Part shown: piece by piece, positions 18,134 to 27,754 of the stretch
Layout of the letters: each line of letters starts with the position of its first letter
How positions within the stretch are numbered: position 1 is the first letter of the stretch
Assembly (NCBI GenBank): GCA_937887565.1
Contig: CALABS010000012.1
Span: 57,400-121,399, forward strand
Source of the DNA: an uncultured Rhodospirillaceae bacterium
GTDB lineage: Bacteria; Pseudomonadota; Alphaproteobacteria; Rhodospirillales; Magnetospirillaceae
Length of the DNA: 64,000 nucleotides
Direction of reading: 5' to 3'
Position numbers and translations under genes: made by a program
The notes under the pieces: model-generated
Databases searched by the model: none
What the model saw: the letters and a program-made list of their open reading frames with translations, nothing else
Told to the model about the DNA's origin: nothing

Positions 18134-20329
18134 TCACGCCGCCTTGGGCGCATAGCCCAGGCGCTCGTTCAGCTTCCCGATCAGGCCCTCGGCCGCCTCG
18201 CTGATCACCGTGCCGGGCGGGAAGATGGCGGTGGCGCCGGCGGCGTAGAGTTCGTCCCAGTCCTGGGGCGGGATGACGCCGCCGACCACGATCATCATGT
18301 CCTCGGCGCCCAGCTTCTTCAGTTCCTCCTTGAGCTGCGGCACCAGGGTCAGGTGGCCGGCGGCCAGCGAGCTGGCGCCGATGATGTGGCAGTCGTTCTC
18401 AACCGCCTGGCGGGCGGCCTCGGCCGGGGTCTGGAACAGCGGACCGACGTCCACGTCGAAGCCCAGATCGGCGAAGGCGGTGGCGATCACCTTCTGGCCG
18501 CGATCGTGGCCGTCCTGGCCCATCTTGGCGACCATGATGCGCGGGCGACGGCCATCGCGTTCGCGGAACGCCTCGACCAGCGCCTGGACCTTGGCCATCT
18601 TGTCCGAGGACCGCGCCACCTCACCGGCGTAGACGCCGGTGATGGTGCGGATCTCCGCCTTGTGGCGGCCATAGACCGTTTCCAGTGCGAAGGAGATCTC
18701 GCCGACGCTGGCCCGCGCGCGGATGGCGTCCACGGCCAGGCCCAGCAGATTGCCCTCGCCGGTCTCGGCGGCCTTGGTGAGCGCGTCCAGACTCTGCCGG
18801 CAGCCCTCGGCATCGCGCTCGGCCCGCAATCGTTCCAACTGGGCGATCTGCTTGGCGCGCACGGTGGTGTTGTCGACCTTCAGCACCTCGATGGGCTGTT
18901 CGTCCTCGACCTGGTACTTGTTGACGCCGACCACGGTCTGGCGCCCGGAATCGATGCGGGCCTGGGTGCGGGCGGCGGCTTCCTCGATGCGCATCTTGGG
19001 GATGCCGGTCTCGATGGCCTTGGCCATGCCGCCCTTTTGCTCCACTTCGTGGATGTGTTCCCAGGCGCACGCCGCCAGGTCTCGGGTCAGGCGCTCGACG
19101 TAGTAGGAGCCGCCCCACGGGTCGATCACCCGGCAGGTGCCGCTTTCCTGTTGCAGGAACAACTGGGTGTTCCGCGCGATGCGGGCCGAGAAGTCGGTGG
19201 GCAGGGCCAGCGCCTCGTCCAGCGCGTTGGTGTGCAGCGACTGGGTATGGCCTTGGGTCGAGGCCATGGCCTCGATGCAGGTGCGGGTAACGTTGTTGAA
19301 CACGTCCTGGGCGGTCAGACTCCAGCCCGAGGTCTGGGAATGGGTGCGCAAAGATAGCGACTTGTCGCTTCTGGGATCGAACTGCTTTATCAGCTTGGCC
19401 CACAGCATGCGCCCGGCGCGCATCTTGGCCACCTCCATGAAGAAGTTCATGCCGATGGCCCAGAAGAACGACAGGCGCGGGGCGAACTGGTCGATGCTCA
19501 TCCCCGTCGCCATGCCGGCACGGGCGTATTCGACGCCGTCGGCCAGCGTATAGGCCAGTTCCAGGTCGGCGGTGGCGCCGGCCTCCTGCAGATGGTAGCC
19601 GGAGATGGAGATGGAGTTGAACTTGGGCATGTGCTCCGCCGTGTAGGCGAAGATGTCCGAGATGATCCGCATGCTGGGCTTGGGCGGGTAGATATAGGTG
19701 TTGCGGACCATGAACTCCTTGAGGATGTCGTTCTGGATGGTCCCCGACAGCTTGTCGGCCGAGACGCCCTGCTCCTCGGCGGCGACGATATAGCCGGCCA
19801 GCACCGGCAGCACCGCGCCGTTCATGGTCATGGAGACGGACATCTGGTCGAGCGGGATGCCGTCGAACAGCACCTTCATGTCCAGGATGGAATCGATGGC
19901 GACCCCGGCCATGCCCACGTCGCCGGCCACACGGGGATGATCGCTGTCATAGCCGCGATGGGTGGCGAGGTCGAAGGCCACCGACAGGCCCTTCTGCCCC
20001 GCCGCCAGGTTGCGGCGATAGAAGGCGTTGGATTCCTCGGCGGTGGAGAAGCCGGCGTACTGGCGCACCGTCCACGGCTGGTTGACGTACATGGTGGGGT
20101 ACGGCCCGCGCAGGAACGGCGCCAGCCCCGGCAAGGTGTCGAGATGGTCCAGCCCGGCCAGGTCGGCGGCGGTGTAGAGCGGCTTGACCTCCAGCATTTC
20201 CGGGGTCAGCCAAAGGGAATCTTCCGGCGCCCGCCCGGTCTCGGCCAGGAAGCTGGTCCGCCACGCCTCCATGTCGGTGGTGGCGCGGGCGTCCAGGGCG
20301 ATCCTGGTGAAATCGGGAAAGGCGGGCAT
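18134..20329 (-). CDS. mutB: Methylmalonyl-CoA mutase large (alpha, catalytic, B12-binding) subunit
   Basis: From [13 protein letters not shown]... with [59 protein letters not shown] and the C-terminal B12 motif [24 protein letters not shown]. The ATG shares one base with the mutA stop. The upstream 473 codons of the track ORF are spurious. Confidence 0.9.
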   Translation of the reverse strand: MPAFPDFTRIALDARATTDMEAWRTSFLAETGRAPEDSLWLTPEMLEVKPLYTAADLAGLDHLDTLPGLAPFLRGPYPTMYVNQPWTVRQYAGFSTAEESNAFYRRNLAAGQKGLSVAFDLATHRGYDSDHPRVAGDVGMAGVAIDSILDMKVLFDGIPLDQMSVSMTMNGAVLPVLAGYIVAAEEQGVSADKLSGTIQNDILKEFMVRNTYIYPPKPSMRIISDIFAYTAEHMPKFNSISISGYHLQEAGATADLELAYTLADGVEYARAGMATGMSIDQFAPRLSFFWAIGMNFFMEVAKMRAGRMLWAKLIKQFDPRSDKSLSLRTHSQTSGWSLTAQDVFNNVTRTCIEAMASTQGHTQSLHTNALDEALALPTDFSARIARNTQLFLQQESGTCRVIDPWGGSYYVERLTRDLAACAWEHIHEVEQKGGMAKAIETGIPKMRIEEAAARTQARIDSGRQTVVGVNKYQVEDEQPIEVLKVDNTTVRAKQIAQLERLRAERDAEGCRQSLDALTKAAETGEGNLLGLAVDAIRARASVGEISFALETVYGRHKAEIRTITGVYAGEVARSSDKMAKVQALVEAFRERDGRRPRIMVAKMGQDGHDRGQKVIATAFADLGFDVDVGPLFQTPAEAARQAVENDCHIIGASSLAAGHLTLVPQLKEELKKLGAEDMMIVVGGVIPPQDWDELYAAGATAIFPPGTVISEAAEGLIGKLNERLGYAPKAA

Positions 20330-22230
20330 CACACGGACACTCCCAGGTCGGCCAGGGTGGAACGCAGGATGGACAGCACGTCGCCGCCCACCGCGATGAA
20401 GCAATCGACGCCCGCTGCTGCATAGGCGTCGCGCTTCTCGCCGGGATTGCCGGCCAGGAACAAGGTTCCCACGCCCACCGCCTTCAGCGCGCGGGCGAAG
20501 GCTTCGGCCATGTCCTCGTACTGGGCGTCGCCGCCGCACAGCACGGCGATGCGGGCGCCGCTGTCGCGGAATGCCTGGGCACAGGTTTCCGCGTCCTGGA
20601 AACCGTTGTTGCCCAGTGCCTGGATGCCGCCGGCCTCGAAGAAGTTCTTGGCATAGGTGGCCCGCGCGGTGTGCTGGGCGACGCAGCCCAGATTGGCAAG
20701 GAAGACCGCCGGCCACGCGCCCGTCGCCGCCTTGTGAGCATCGGCGGCGTCGCGCAACGCCTCGAAGCTCTCGCCATGGCGGTGGCGCGGCAGGGGAGGA
20801 ATGGAACAGCCCGAGGTTTCGGCTTCCACAGAATCGGCAAAAGCCGGCGACGGACGCTCCACCGGGTGTTCCAGGATGTCGGGGAATTCGTTGATGCCGG
20901 TCAGCGAATCCCTGCGCCGGGCGATGTTCTTTTCGCGTGCCGCCCACGATTCGGCCAGTTGCCCGGCCCACCAGCCGTCCACCAGCACGGCGGCCATGCC
21001 GCCCCTGCCCTCGATGTCCTGGAACAGGGTCCAGGCCGCCTCGGCCAGCTGGCGGGTCAGGGTCTCCACGTACCACGAGCCGCCGGCCGGGTCGGCCACC
21101 TTGGCCAGCGAGGATTCCTCCTTCAGCAGGATTTGGCTGTTCCGCGCGATGCGGCGGGCGAAATCGTCCGACGGTCCCAGCGCCGCGTCGAACGGCGCCA
21201 CCGCCACCGAATTCGCGCCGCCGACGCCTGCGGCGAAGGCGGCGACCGTGGTCCGCAGCATGTTCACCCACGGATCGCGGCGCGACAGGATGCGCCGCGC
21301 CGTGCGAGCGTGGATGCGCATGGCGCGGGCCTCCGGCGAGGCACCGCAGGCTTCCGTCACCCGCGCCCACAGCATCCGCGCGGCGCGCAGCTTGGCGATG
21401 GACAGGAACTGGTCGCAGCCCACCGAGAAGGTGAAGGCGATCTGCCGGCAGGCGGCATGCATGCCGAGGCCGCCGCCGACCAGCGCGCGCAAATAGGCCA
21501 GCCCGGTGGCGAGCGCGGCGGCCAGGTCCTGCGCCTCGGTGGCGCCGGCATCGTAATACGGGCTGGTATCCACCCCCACCGCCGTCACGTTGGGCCAGTT
21601 TCCCGCCGTCCGCGTCGCCAGGGCCGCCATCCGCGCCAGGGCCTCGTCCAGCGGCAGCGGCAAGGCGCCCGTGGCCGCCAGCGTGCCCAGGGGGTCGGCG
21701 TTGAAGGCGCCGCGCGCCTGGGCCGGCGCGATGCCGCGATCGCGCCACAGCGCCGCCAGCATGGCGGTGGCCGGTTCGGCCCGGGCACCCGCCTCCAAGG
21801 CGACGGGCGCGAGATCCAGCAGCACGTCCTTCAGCGCCCGGTCCAGATCGTCGATGGACCGGATCAGGACGCCGTCGACGCGGATCAGCAGGGTGGTGGC
21901 GCCGCGCATCAGATCGGTGAGAATGGCGTCGTTGACCGCCTTGGGGTCGGCGGCATCATGCTCGGTGCAGATGTCCCAGCCGTCGGGACCCGCGCCCGCC
22001 GCCAGCGCACCGCGCGCATAAGGCGCCTGCCCCGGCAGGCCCGACGGGTCGCCTTCCGCCGGCCAGTCCTGGCGGGTATAGAGCGGCTGCACGGCAATGC
22101 CCTCGTACAGAGGGGTCACCAGCTTCTTGTCGAACGGTGCCCCCTTCAGCGCCTTGTCCACCGCCGCCAGCCACTGCTCGCGCGTGGGAGTGGGGAAGTC
22201 GGCGGCAAAAGACGGAGCCGGTTCGGTCAT
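20329..22230 (-). CDS. mutA: Methylmalonyl-CoA mutase small (beta) subunit
   Basis: 633 aa from [23 protein letters not shown]-fold similarity ([30 protein letters not shown]) but no DxHxxG motif. Immediately upstream of and overlapping mutB, as in known mutAB operons. Confidence 0.8.
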   Translation of the reverse strand: MTEPAPSFAADFPTPTREQWLAAVDKALKGAPFDKKLVTPLYEGIAVQPLYTRQDWPAEGDPSGLPGQAPYARGALAAGAGPDGWDICTEHDAADPKAVNDAILTDLMRGATTLLIRVDGVLIRSIDDLDRALKDVLLDLAPVALEAGARAEPATAMLAALWRDRGIAPAQARGAFNADPLGTLAATGALPLPLDEALARMAALATRTAGNWPNVTAVGVDTSPYYDAGATEAQDLAAALATGLAYLRALVGGGLGMHAACRQIAFTFSVGCDQFLSIAKLRAARMLWARVTEACGASPEARAMRIHARTARRILSRRDPWVNMLRTTVAAFAAGVGGANSVAVAPFDAALGPSDDFARRIARNSQILLKEESSLAKVADPAGGSWYVETLTRQLAEAAWTLFQDIEGRGGMAAVLVDGWWAGQLAESWAAREKNIARRRDSLTGINEFPDILEHPVERPSPAFADSVEAETSGCSIPPLPRHRHGESFEALRDAADAHKAATGAWPAVFLANLGCVAQHTARATYAKNFFEAGGIQALGNNGFQDAETCAQAFRDSGARIAVLCGGDAQYEDMAEAFARALKAVGVGTLFLAGNPGEKRDAYAAAGVDCFIAVGGDVLSILRSTLADLGVSV

Positions 22231-22397
22231 CTCTGGGTCTCGGCAAAGCTGCGACGATCTTCGCAAGATACGCAGGCCGTCCGCGCCGCGCAGGCAAAAA
22301 AGGGCGAAGAATTGCCAACCGGGCGGAGGCATTCTGCGAATCCTGCGAATCCCCGGCGCGCTTGACTTGCCCAGGCCGCGGCCCTACCGTCCATGGC

Positions 22398-22590
22398 GGT
22401 TACGGTCCCCGGAAGGGGCCAAGAGGGAAGCCGGTGCGAAGCCGGCGCTGCCCCCGCAGCTGTCAGCGGCGAGCCGCCGTCCATCATGCCACTGGGATAT
22501 CCCGGGAAGGCCGGACGGCAGCCGGGACCCGCGAGCCAGGAGACCTGCCGTGACCCCTGTCTAACGTCCTCGGGCGGGGTGTCCCGGTGG
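22398..22590 (+). promoter_or_regulatory. Cobalamin (B12) riboswitch, copy 1
   Basis: Conserved core AAGAGGGAAGCCGGTGCGAAGCCGGCGCTGCCCCCGCAGCTGT, GCCACTGGG, and B12 box GAGCCAGGAGACCTGCCG on the + strand, in the divergent region between mutA and the 22660 gene. Confidence 0.85.
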
Positions 22591-22659
22591 GGTGAGCGTG
22601 GGCCGACCCGGGCCTCGCCTGCTCGGATGCCCGCCTTGTCCGCCCGGAAAGAGGTGCGC

Positions 22660-23034
22660 ATGCCGGCCCCCGTCAACGGCGATGAAGCCGACAACGTCAT
22701 CCGCCTGGATTTCGCCACCCGGCCGGTCGCCCCGCATCCCCAGTCGGTGCCGCCGTTCCTGTTGGAGGCCCGCTCCGACGGCTGGAAACTGCATACGGGC
22801 GGACGCCTCCTGGACGCCCAGGATCTGGCCGATGCCGCCGATCTGCTGCGCGACGTCGCCCGCAGCCTGACCGAACAGGCGCGGCGAGCCGCCGGCCAGC
22901 GGGTGGAACGTTGCATCGCCGAATTCGTCCTTTACGAGACCGGCGGCATCGACCACTGGGTGGCCGAGGACGCCGACCGCAATCGCCTGCGCATCGGTCT
23001 GCGCACGGCGCTGGGCACCATACGCGAACCATGA
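22660..23034 (+). CDS. Hypothetical protein (124 aa)
   Basis: ATG at 22660 is preceded by AAGAGG. It is the first ORF downstream of riboswitch copy 1. No recognisable motif. Confidence 0.45.
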   Translation: MPAPVNGDEADNVIRLDFATRPVAPHPQSVPPFLLEARSDGWKLHTGGRLLDAQDLADAADLLRDVARSLTEQARRAAGQRVERCIAEFVLYETGGIDHWVAEDADRNRLRIGLRTALGTIREP

Positions 23035-23047
23035 CGGGCCGCGACCC

Positions 23048-23668
23048 ATGACCGGCCGTGCCTGGGTGTTGTTGCGGTCCGGACGCCGCTTCGATCTGCT
23101 CAGCCCCACATCGCTGGATTGGGAACTGGCCGATCTTGCCGAAGGCGCGGCGCGCACCTTCCGCTGGGGCGGCAGCTCGATGTGGGACTGGCCGCTGTCG
23201 GTCGCCCAGCACAGCCTGCTGACGCTGGAGATCCACCGCTCGGCCGCCCCACGGGGGCTCGCCCCGGCGCTGGAACTCGCCAATCTGGTCCATGACGGCT
23301 CGGAGGCCCTGGGGGTGCGCTGGGATCCGATCACCCCGGTCAAGCCCATCCTGGGCGAGGGGTTCCACCGCATGGACCGCGCCATCCAGCGGGCCATCCA
23401 CCTGCGCCTGCGCCTGCCGGCCGATCTTCCCGCCGATTGGAAAAAGGCGATCAAGGATGCCGACCGCCGGGCCGCCGCCAGCGAGGCCCTGCACGTGGCC
23501 GGATGGAGCCGGACCGAGATCCGCTCCGCCCTCGGCATTCGCCTCGCCCCCCTGGCCGAGGACCCCCTGGTCCGCCGCCACGGCGGGGTTCCGTGGGAGC
23601 CGTGGCCGATCCGCGTGGCCGAGGCGCGCTTCCTGGCGGAAATGGAGAAACTGCTCGGCCGGATGTGA
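23048..23668 (+). CDS. HD-domain phosphohydrolase (YfbR-like 5'-nucleotidase fold suspected)
   Basis: 206 aa with H...HD spacing: WPLSVAQHSLL ... ANLVHDGSEALG ... followed by further acidic/His residues, as in HD-superfamily hydrolases. Confidence 0.5.
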   Translation: MTGRAWVLLRSGRRFDLLSPTSLDWELADLAEGAARTFRWGGSSMWDWPLSVAQHSLLTLEIHRSAAPRGLAPALELANLVHDGSEALGVRWDPITPVKPILGEGFHRMDRAIQRAIHLRLRLPADLPADWKKAIKDADRRAAASEALHVAGWSRTEIRSALGIRLAPLAEDPLVRRHGGVPWEPWPIRVAEARFLAEMEKLLGRM

Positions 23669-23809
23669 TGGCACGTCCGAATGATCGATTCGGAGTTGAT
23701 GTTCGGCGCCCATCGCGGGCGCGGCCAAGCCGGCTGAGCTGGTGCCCGGCGAGGGCAACGAAATCCAGATGGACCATTCGGATTTCTTATGATGGCGAAG
23801 GGGAATGCG

Positions 23810-25228
23810 ATGCGAAAGGCCTTCATGGGGGCGCGGCTGCAGCGCCTGCGCGAGGAGCGCGGGCTGACCCAGGCCGCCCTGGCCAAGATGCTGAACCTGT
23901 CGCCCAGCTACCTGAATCAGCTGGAGCGCAACCAGCGGCCGCTGACGGTGCCGGTGCTGCTGCGCATCAACGCGGTGTTCGGCGTCGACGTGCAGATGTT
24001 CTCGGAAGACGAGGAAACCCGCCTGATCGCCGACCTGCGCGAGGCTGTTGACGAATCGGGAACCGGAATCGGGGTGTCGCTGTCCGAGATCAAGGGCCTG
24101 GCCGCCAACATGCCCATGGTGGGGCGTGCGCTGGTGGCATTGCACCGCCGGGCGCGGGCCGGCGACGAGCGGCTGGAAGCGCTGGCGGCCACCCTGGGCG
24201 CCCCGGTGGAAAGCCTGGCGATGGCGCCGCCGCTGATGCCCTATGAGGAGGTGCGCGATTTCTTCTATGCCCACCACAACCACATACCGGAGCTGGACGA
24301 GGCGGCCGAGAGCCTGTTCCTGGGGAAACGTCTGGAAATCGGCGCCATGGAGACCGGGCTGGAACGGCTGCTCCGCGATCGCCACCACGTCGTGGTGCGG
24401 CTGGAGAACGGGGCGGAGGTGGCCGGGAATCGCCAGTTCGAGAGCGACAGCCGGACGCTGCGCCTGTCGCGCGCCCTGGCCCCCGGCCAACGCGCCTTCC
24501 AGATGGCGACGCAACTGGCCTTCCTGGACCATTCCCGCACGCTGGACACCCTGGTGGACTCGCCCCGCCTCGCCGGCGCCGAATCCCGCGCGCTCGCCCG
24601 CATCGGCCTGGCCAACTACTATGCTGGCGCGCTGATCCTGCCCTATGGCGAGTTCCTGGCGGCGGCGGAGAACCTTCACTACGACATCGACCTGCTGGGT
24701 GAACGGTTCGGCGTCGGCTTCGAGACCGTGTGCCACCGCCTGTCCACCCTGCAACGAACCGGCGCGCGCGGCGTGCCGTTCTTCTTCGTCCGCGTCGACC
24801 GCGCCGGCAACATCTCGAAGCGGCAATCGGCCACCGACTTCCACTTCTCCCGGGTCGGCGGCACCTGCCCCCTGTGGAACGTCTACGAGGCCTTCGCCAG
24901 CCCCGGCCGCATCCTGACCCAGATGGCCCAGATGCCCGACGGCCGCACCTATCTGTGGGTGGCCCGCGCGATCACCCACGGCCGCGGCGGCTTCGGGGCG
25001 CCGGGCAAGACCTTCGCCATCGGCCTGGGCTGCGACCTGCGCCATGCCGGGCAACTGGTCTATGCGCGCGGCCTCGACCTCGGCGATCCGTCCTCGGCCA
25101 CCCCCATCGGCGCCGGCTGCAAGGTGTGCGAACGCCCCGCCTGCCCGCAGCGCGCCTTCCCGCCCATCGGCCGCAGGCTGCTGGTCGACGAGCGGCGCAG
25201 CCGGTTCGAACCCTATCCCGCCACCTGA
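23810..25228 (+). CDS. XRE-HTH / degenerate ImmA-IrrE peptidase-like / C-terminal Cys-cluster regulator (short-chain fatty acyl-CoA regulator, ScfR/PrpR/RamB family)
   Basis: N-terminal HTH ERGLTQAALAKMLNLSPSYLNQLERNQRPLT; central FQMATQLAFLDH (degenerate HExxH region); C-terminal cysteines GGTCPLW, GLGCDL, GAGCKVCERPACPQRAF. Start at 23810 (AAGGGGA SD); the track start is 23789. Confidence 0.7.
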   Translation: MRKAFMGARLQRLREERGLTQAALAKMLNLSPSYLNQLERNQRPLTVPVLLRINAVFGVDVQMFSEDEETRLIADLREAVDESGTGIGVSLSEIKGLAANMPMVGRALVALHRRARAGDERLEALAATLGAPVESLAMAPPLMPYEEVRDFFYAHHNHIPELDEAAESLFLGKRLEIGAMETGLERLLRDRHHVVVRLENGAEVAGNRQFESDSRTLRLSRALAPGQRAFQMATQLAFLDHSRTLDTLVDSPRLAGAESRALARIGLANYYAGALILPYGEFLAAAENLHYDIDLLGERFGVGFETVCHRLSTLQRTGARGVPFFFVRVDRAGNISKRQSATDFHFSRVGGTCPLWNVYEAFASPGRILTQMAQMPDGRTYLWVARAITHGRGGFGAPGKTFAIGLGCDLRHAGQLVYARGLDLGDPSSATPIGAGCKVCERPACPQRAFPPIGRRLLVDERRSRFEPYPAT

Positions 25229-25267
25229 GACTTGACACCCTTCGGGCGCATCACTACGGTATCTTGC

Positions 25268-25470
25268 GTTACGGTTCCCCGGACACCACAACATCCGGGG
25301 CTAAGAGGGAAGCCGGTGCGAAGCCGGCGCTGCCCCCGCAACTGTCAGCGGCGAGCTTTCGTCCATCATGCCACTGGGGAATCCCGGGAAGGCGGACGAG
25401 AGCGACGACCCGCGAGCCAGGAGACCTGCCGTGACACTCGAAACGTCCACGGGCGGGGTGTCCTGGGTGG
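25268..25470 (+). promoter_or_regulatory. Cobalamin (B12) riboswitch, copy 2 (leader of nrdD)
   Basis: Same core as copy 1: AAGAGGGAAGCCGGTGCGAAGCCGGCGCTGCCCCCGCAACTGT, GCCACTGGG, B12 box GAGCCAGGAGACCTGCCG. It ends about 70 nt before the nrdD ATG. Confidence 0.85.
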
Positions 25471-25537
25471 TCGCTTGTAGGCATCCGCCAGCATCGCGCC
25501 CGACCGTTCCCCGCTCCCATCCCGGAGGGGATCGCCG

Positions 25538-27559
25538 ATGCCCGTTCATGCTCTTGCCGCCCATCCGCACGGAATCGTCAAACGCAGCGGCGAGGTCGCC
25601 GCCTTCGACGGCGACAAGATCCGCGTCGCCATCGAGCGCGCCGGCAAGGCGACAGGAGAGTTCGACGGCCCCGAGGCCCAGCTGCTCGCCATCCAGGCGG
25701 TGAAGGTGATCGCCCACCGTTTCCGGGACGGGCCGCCCCATATCGAGCAGGTCCAGGACGTGGTCGAGCAGGTGCTGATCTCGGCCAACCATTTTGCCAC
25801 CGCGCGCGCCTACATCGTCTATCGCGAGCAGCGGGCGCGGCTGCGCGCCGACCGCAAGACGATGGTCAACGTCGAGACCTCGATCAACGAATACCTCGAC
25901 CGCGCCGACTGGCGGGTCAACGCCAACGCCAACCAGGGCTATTCGCTGGGCGGGCTGATCCTCAACGTCTCGGGCAAGGTGGTGGCCAATTACTGGCTGT
26001 CGCACGTCTATCCGCCCGAGGTCGGCCGCGCCCACCGCGAGGGTGACGTCCACATCCATGACCTCGACATGCTGGCCGGCTATTGCGCCGGCTGGTCGCT
26101 GCGCACCCTGCTGACCGAGGGGCTGAACGGCGTGCCCGGCAAGGTCGAGGCGGCGCCGCCCAAGCACCTGTCCAGCGCCGTCGGCCAGATCGTCAACTTC
26201 CTCGGCACGCTGCAGAACGAATGGGCCGGCGCCCAGGCCTTCAGTTCCTTCGACACTTACATGGCGCCGTTCATCCGCAAGGACTCCTTGAGCTACGGCG
26301 ACGTCCTGCAATCCATCCAGGAGCTGGTCTACAACCTCAACGTGCCGTCGCGCTGGGGCACCCAGACACCGTTCACCAACCTGACCTTCGACTGGACCTG
26401 CCCCGACGACCTGAAGGATCAGGTGCCGGTGATCGGCGGCGAGGAGATGGACTTCACCTACGGCGAGCTTCAGGCCGAGATGGACCTGATCAACCGCGCC
26501 TACATGGAGGTGATGACCCGGGGCGACGCCAAGGGCCGCGTCTTCACCTTCCCCATCCCCACCTACAACATCACGCCCGACTTCCCGTGGGAGAGCGAGA
26601 ACGCCGAACTTCTGTTCGAGATGACGGCCAAGTACGGACTCCCCTATTTCCAGAACTTCGTCAATTCCGAGCTGAAGCCGAACATGGTGCGCTCCATGTG
26701 CTGCCGCCTGCAGCTCGACCTGACCGAGCTCCTGAAGCGCGGCAACGGCCTGTTCGGCAGCGCCGAGCAGACCGGCTCGCTGGGCGTGGTGACGATCAAC
26801 TGCGCCCGTCTGGGATATCTGCACAAGGGCGATGAGGCCGGCCTGCTGGCCCGCCTCGACGAGTTGTTGGAGATCGGCCGCACCAGCCTGGAAATCAAGC
26901 GCAAGGTCATCCAGCACCACATGGACAACGGCCTGTTCCCCTACACCAAGCGCTATCTCGGCACGCTCAGGAACCATTTCGCCACGCTGGGCGTCAACGG
27001 CGTCAACGAGATGATCCGCAACTTCACCGACGATGCCGAGGACATCACCACCACCCGGGGCCATGCCTTCGCCGTGCGCCTGCTCGACCATGTCCGCACC
27101 CGCATCGTCCATTTCCAGGAGGAGACCGGGCACCTCTACAATCTGGAGGCCACGCCGGCCGAGGGCACCACCTATCGGTTCGCCAAGGAGGATCGGAGGC
27201 GCTTCCCCGGCATCCTCCAGGCCGGAACGCCGGATCAGCCCTACTACACCAATTCCAGCCAGTTGCCGGTGGGCTTCACCGACGACCCGTTCGAGGCGCT
27301 GGGCCGGCAGGAAGAATTGCAACGCAAATACACCGGCGGCACCGTCCTGCACCTCTACATGGGCGAGCGCATCTCGTCGGCCGCCGCCTGCCGCAAGCTG
27401 GTCAAGCGGGCGCTGGAGAACTTCCGCCTGCCCTACGTCACCGTCACCCCCACCTTCTCCATCTGCCCCAAGCACGGCTACATCGCGGGCGAGCACGCCT
27501 TCTGCCCGAAATGCGACGCCGAGCTGATCGCCCGCAAGCGGCAATGCGCCGCCGAATAA
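25538..27559 (+). CDS. nrdD: Anaerobic (class III) ribonucleoside-triphosphate reductase, large polypeptide lacking the glycyl-radical segment
   Basis: 673 aa. N-terminal ATP-cone (VKRSGEVAAFDGDKIRVAIERA), NrdD core, and a C-terminal Zn-ribbon-like CPKHG...CPKC. It terminates at TAA 27557-27559 before any RVxGY motif. GGAGGGG SD before the ATG. Confidence 0.85.
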   Translation: MPVHALAAHPHGIVKRSGEVAAFDGDKIRVAIERAGKATGEFDGPEAQLLAIQAVKVIAHRFRDGPPHIEQVQDVVEQVLISANHFATARAYIVYREQRARLRADRKTMVNVETSINEYLDRADWRVNANANQGYSLGGLILNVSGKVVANYWLSHVYPPEVGRAHREGDVHIHDLDMLAGYCAGWSLRTLLTEGLNGVPGKVEAAPPKHLSSAVGQIVNFLGTLQNEWAGAQAFSSFDTYMAPFIRKDSLSYGDVLQSIQELVYNLNVPSRWGTQTPFTNLTFDWTCPDDLKDQVPVIGGEEMDFTYGELQAEMDLINRAYMEVMTRGDAKGRVFTFPIPTYNITPDFPWESENAELLFEMTAKYGLPYFQNFVNSELKPNMVRSMCCRLQLDLTELLKRGNGLFGSAEQTGSLGVVTINCARLGYLHKGDEAGLLARLDELLEIGRTSLEIKRKVIQHHMDNGLFPYTKRYLGTLRNHFATLGVNGVNEMIRNFTDDAEDITTTRGHAFAVRLLDHVRTRIVHFQEETGHLYNLEATPAEGTTYRFAKEDRRRFPGILQAGTPDQPYYTNSSQLPVGFTDDPFEALGRQEELQRKYTGGTVLHLYMGERISSAAACRKLVKRALENFRLPYVTVTPTFSICPKHGYIAGEHAFCPKCDAELIARKRQCAAE

Positions 27560-27571
27560 CAGGAGGAACAC

Positions 27572-27754
27572 TTGAACCATATCGTCTCTCCCGCCGCCGA
27601 CCTTGTCGTCCTCAAGGACGAGGAGCGCCAGCCCTGCGAGATCTGGACCCGTGTCATGGGCTATCACCGCCCCATGTCGTCATTCAATTGCGGCAAGAAG
27701 GGCGAATTCAACGAGCGCCAGTACTTCGCCGAAAGCCGTGCCAAGCTCGGCTGA
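27572..27754 (+). CDS. Small glycyl-radical domain protein (detached NrdD C-terminus)
   Basis: 60 aa with CEIWTRVMGYHRP (the RVxGY glycyl-radical motif). Same reading frame as nrdD, 12 nt after its TAA. Has its own AGGAGGA SD plus a TTG start. Confidence 0.7.
   Translation: MNHIVSPAADLVVLKDEERQPCEIWTRVMGYHRPMSSFNCGKKGEFNERQYFAESRAKLG

Noticed and set aside
18083-22365. Long + strand ORFs (18083-19357, 19592-20425, 20671-22365) and the 1204-aa extension of the minus ORF 18134-21748
   Set aside because: They are antisense to, or out of frame with, the clearly recognisable mutB and mutA genes. Their translations are Gly/Arg/Ala/Pro-rich with no motifs, typical of GC-driven open frames. mutB starts at 20329, where its ATG overlaps the mutA stop.
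22561-27667. Very long minus-strand ORFs 22561-23886, 22697-25294 and 25301-27667
   Set aside because: They are antisense to the HD-domain gene, the ScfR-like regulator and nrdD, all of which carry strong family motifs. The antisense translations are low-complexity (G/A/R/P/Q) without any recognisable domain.
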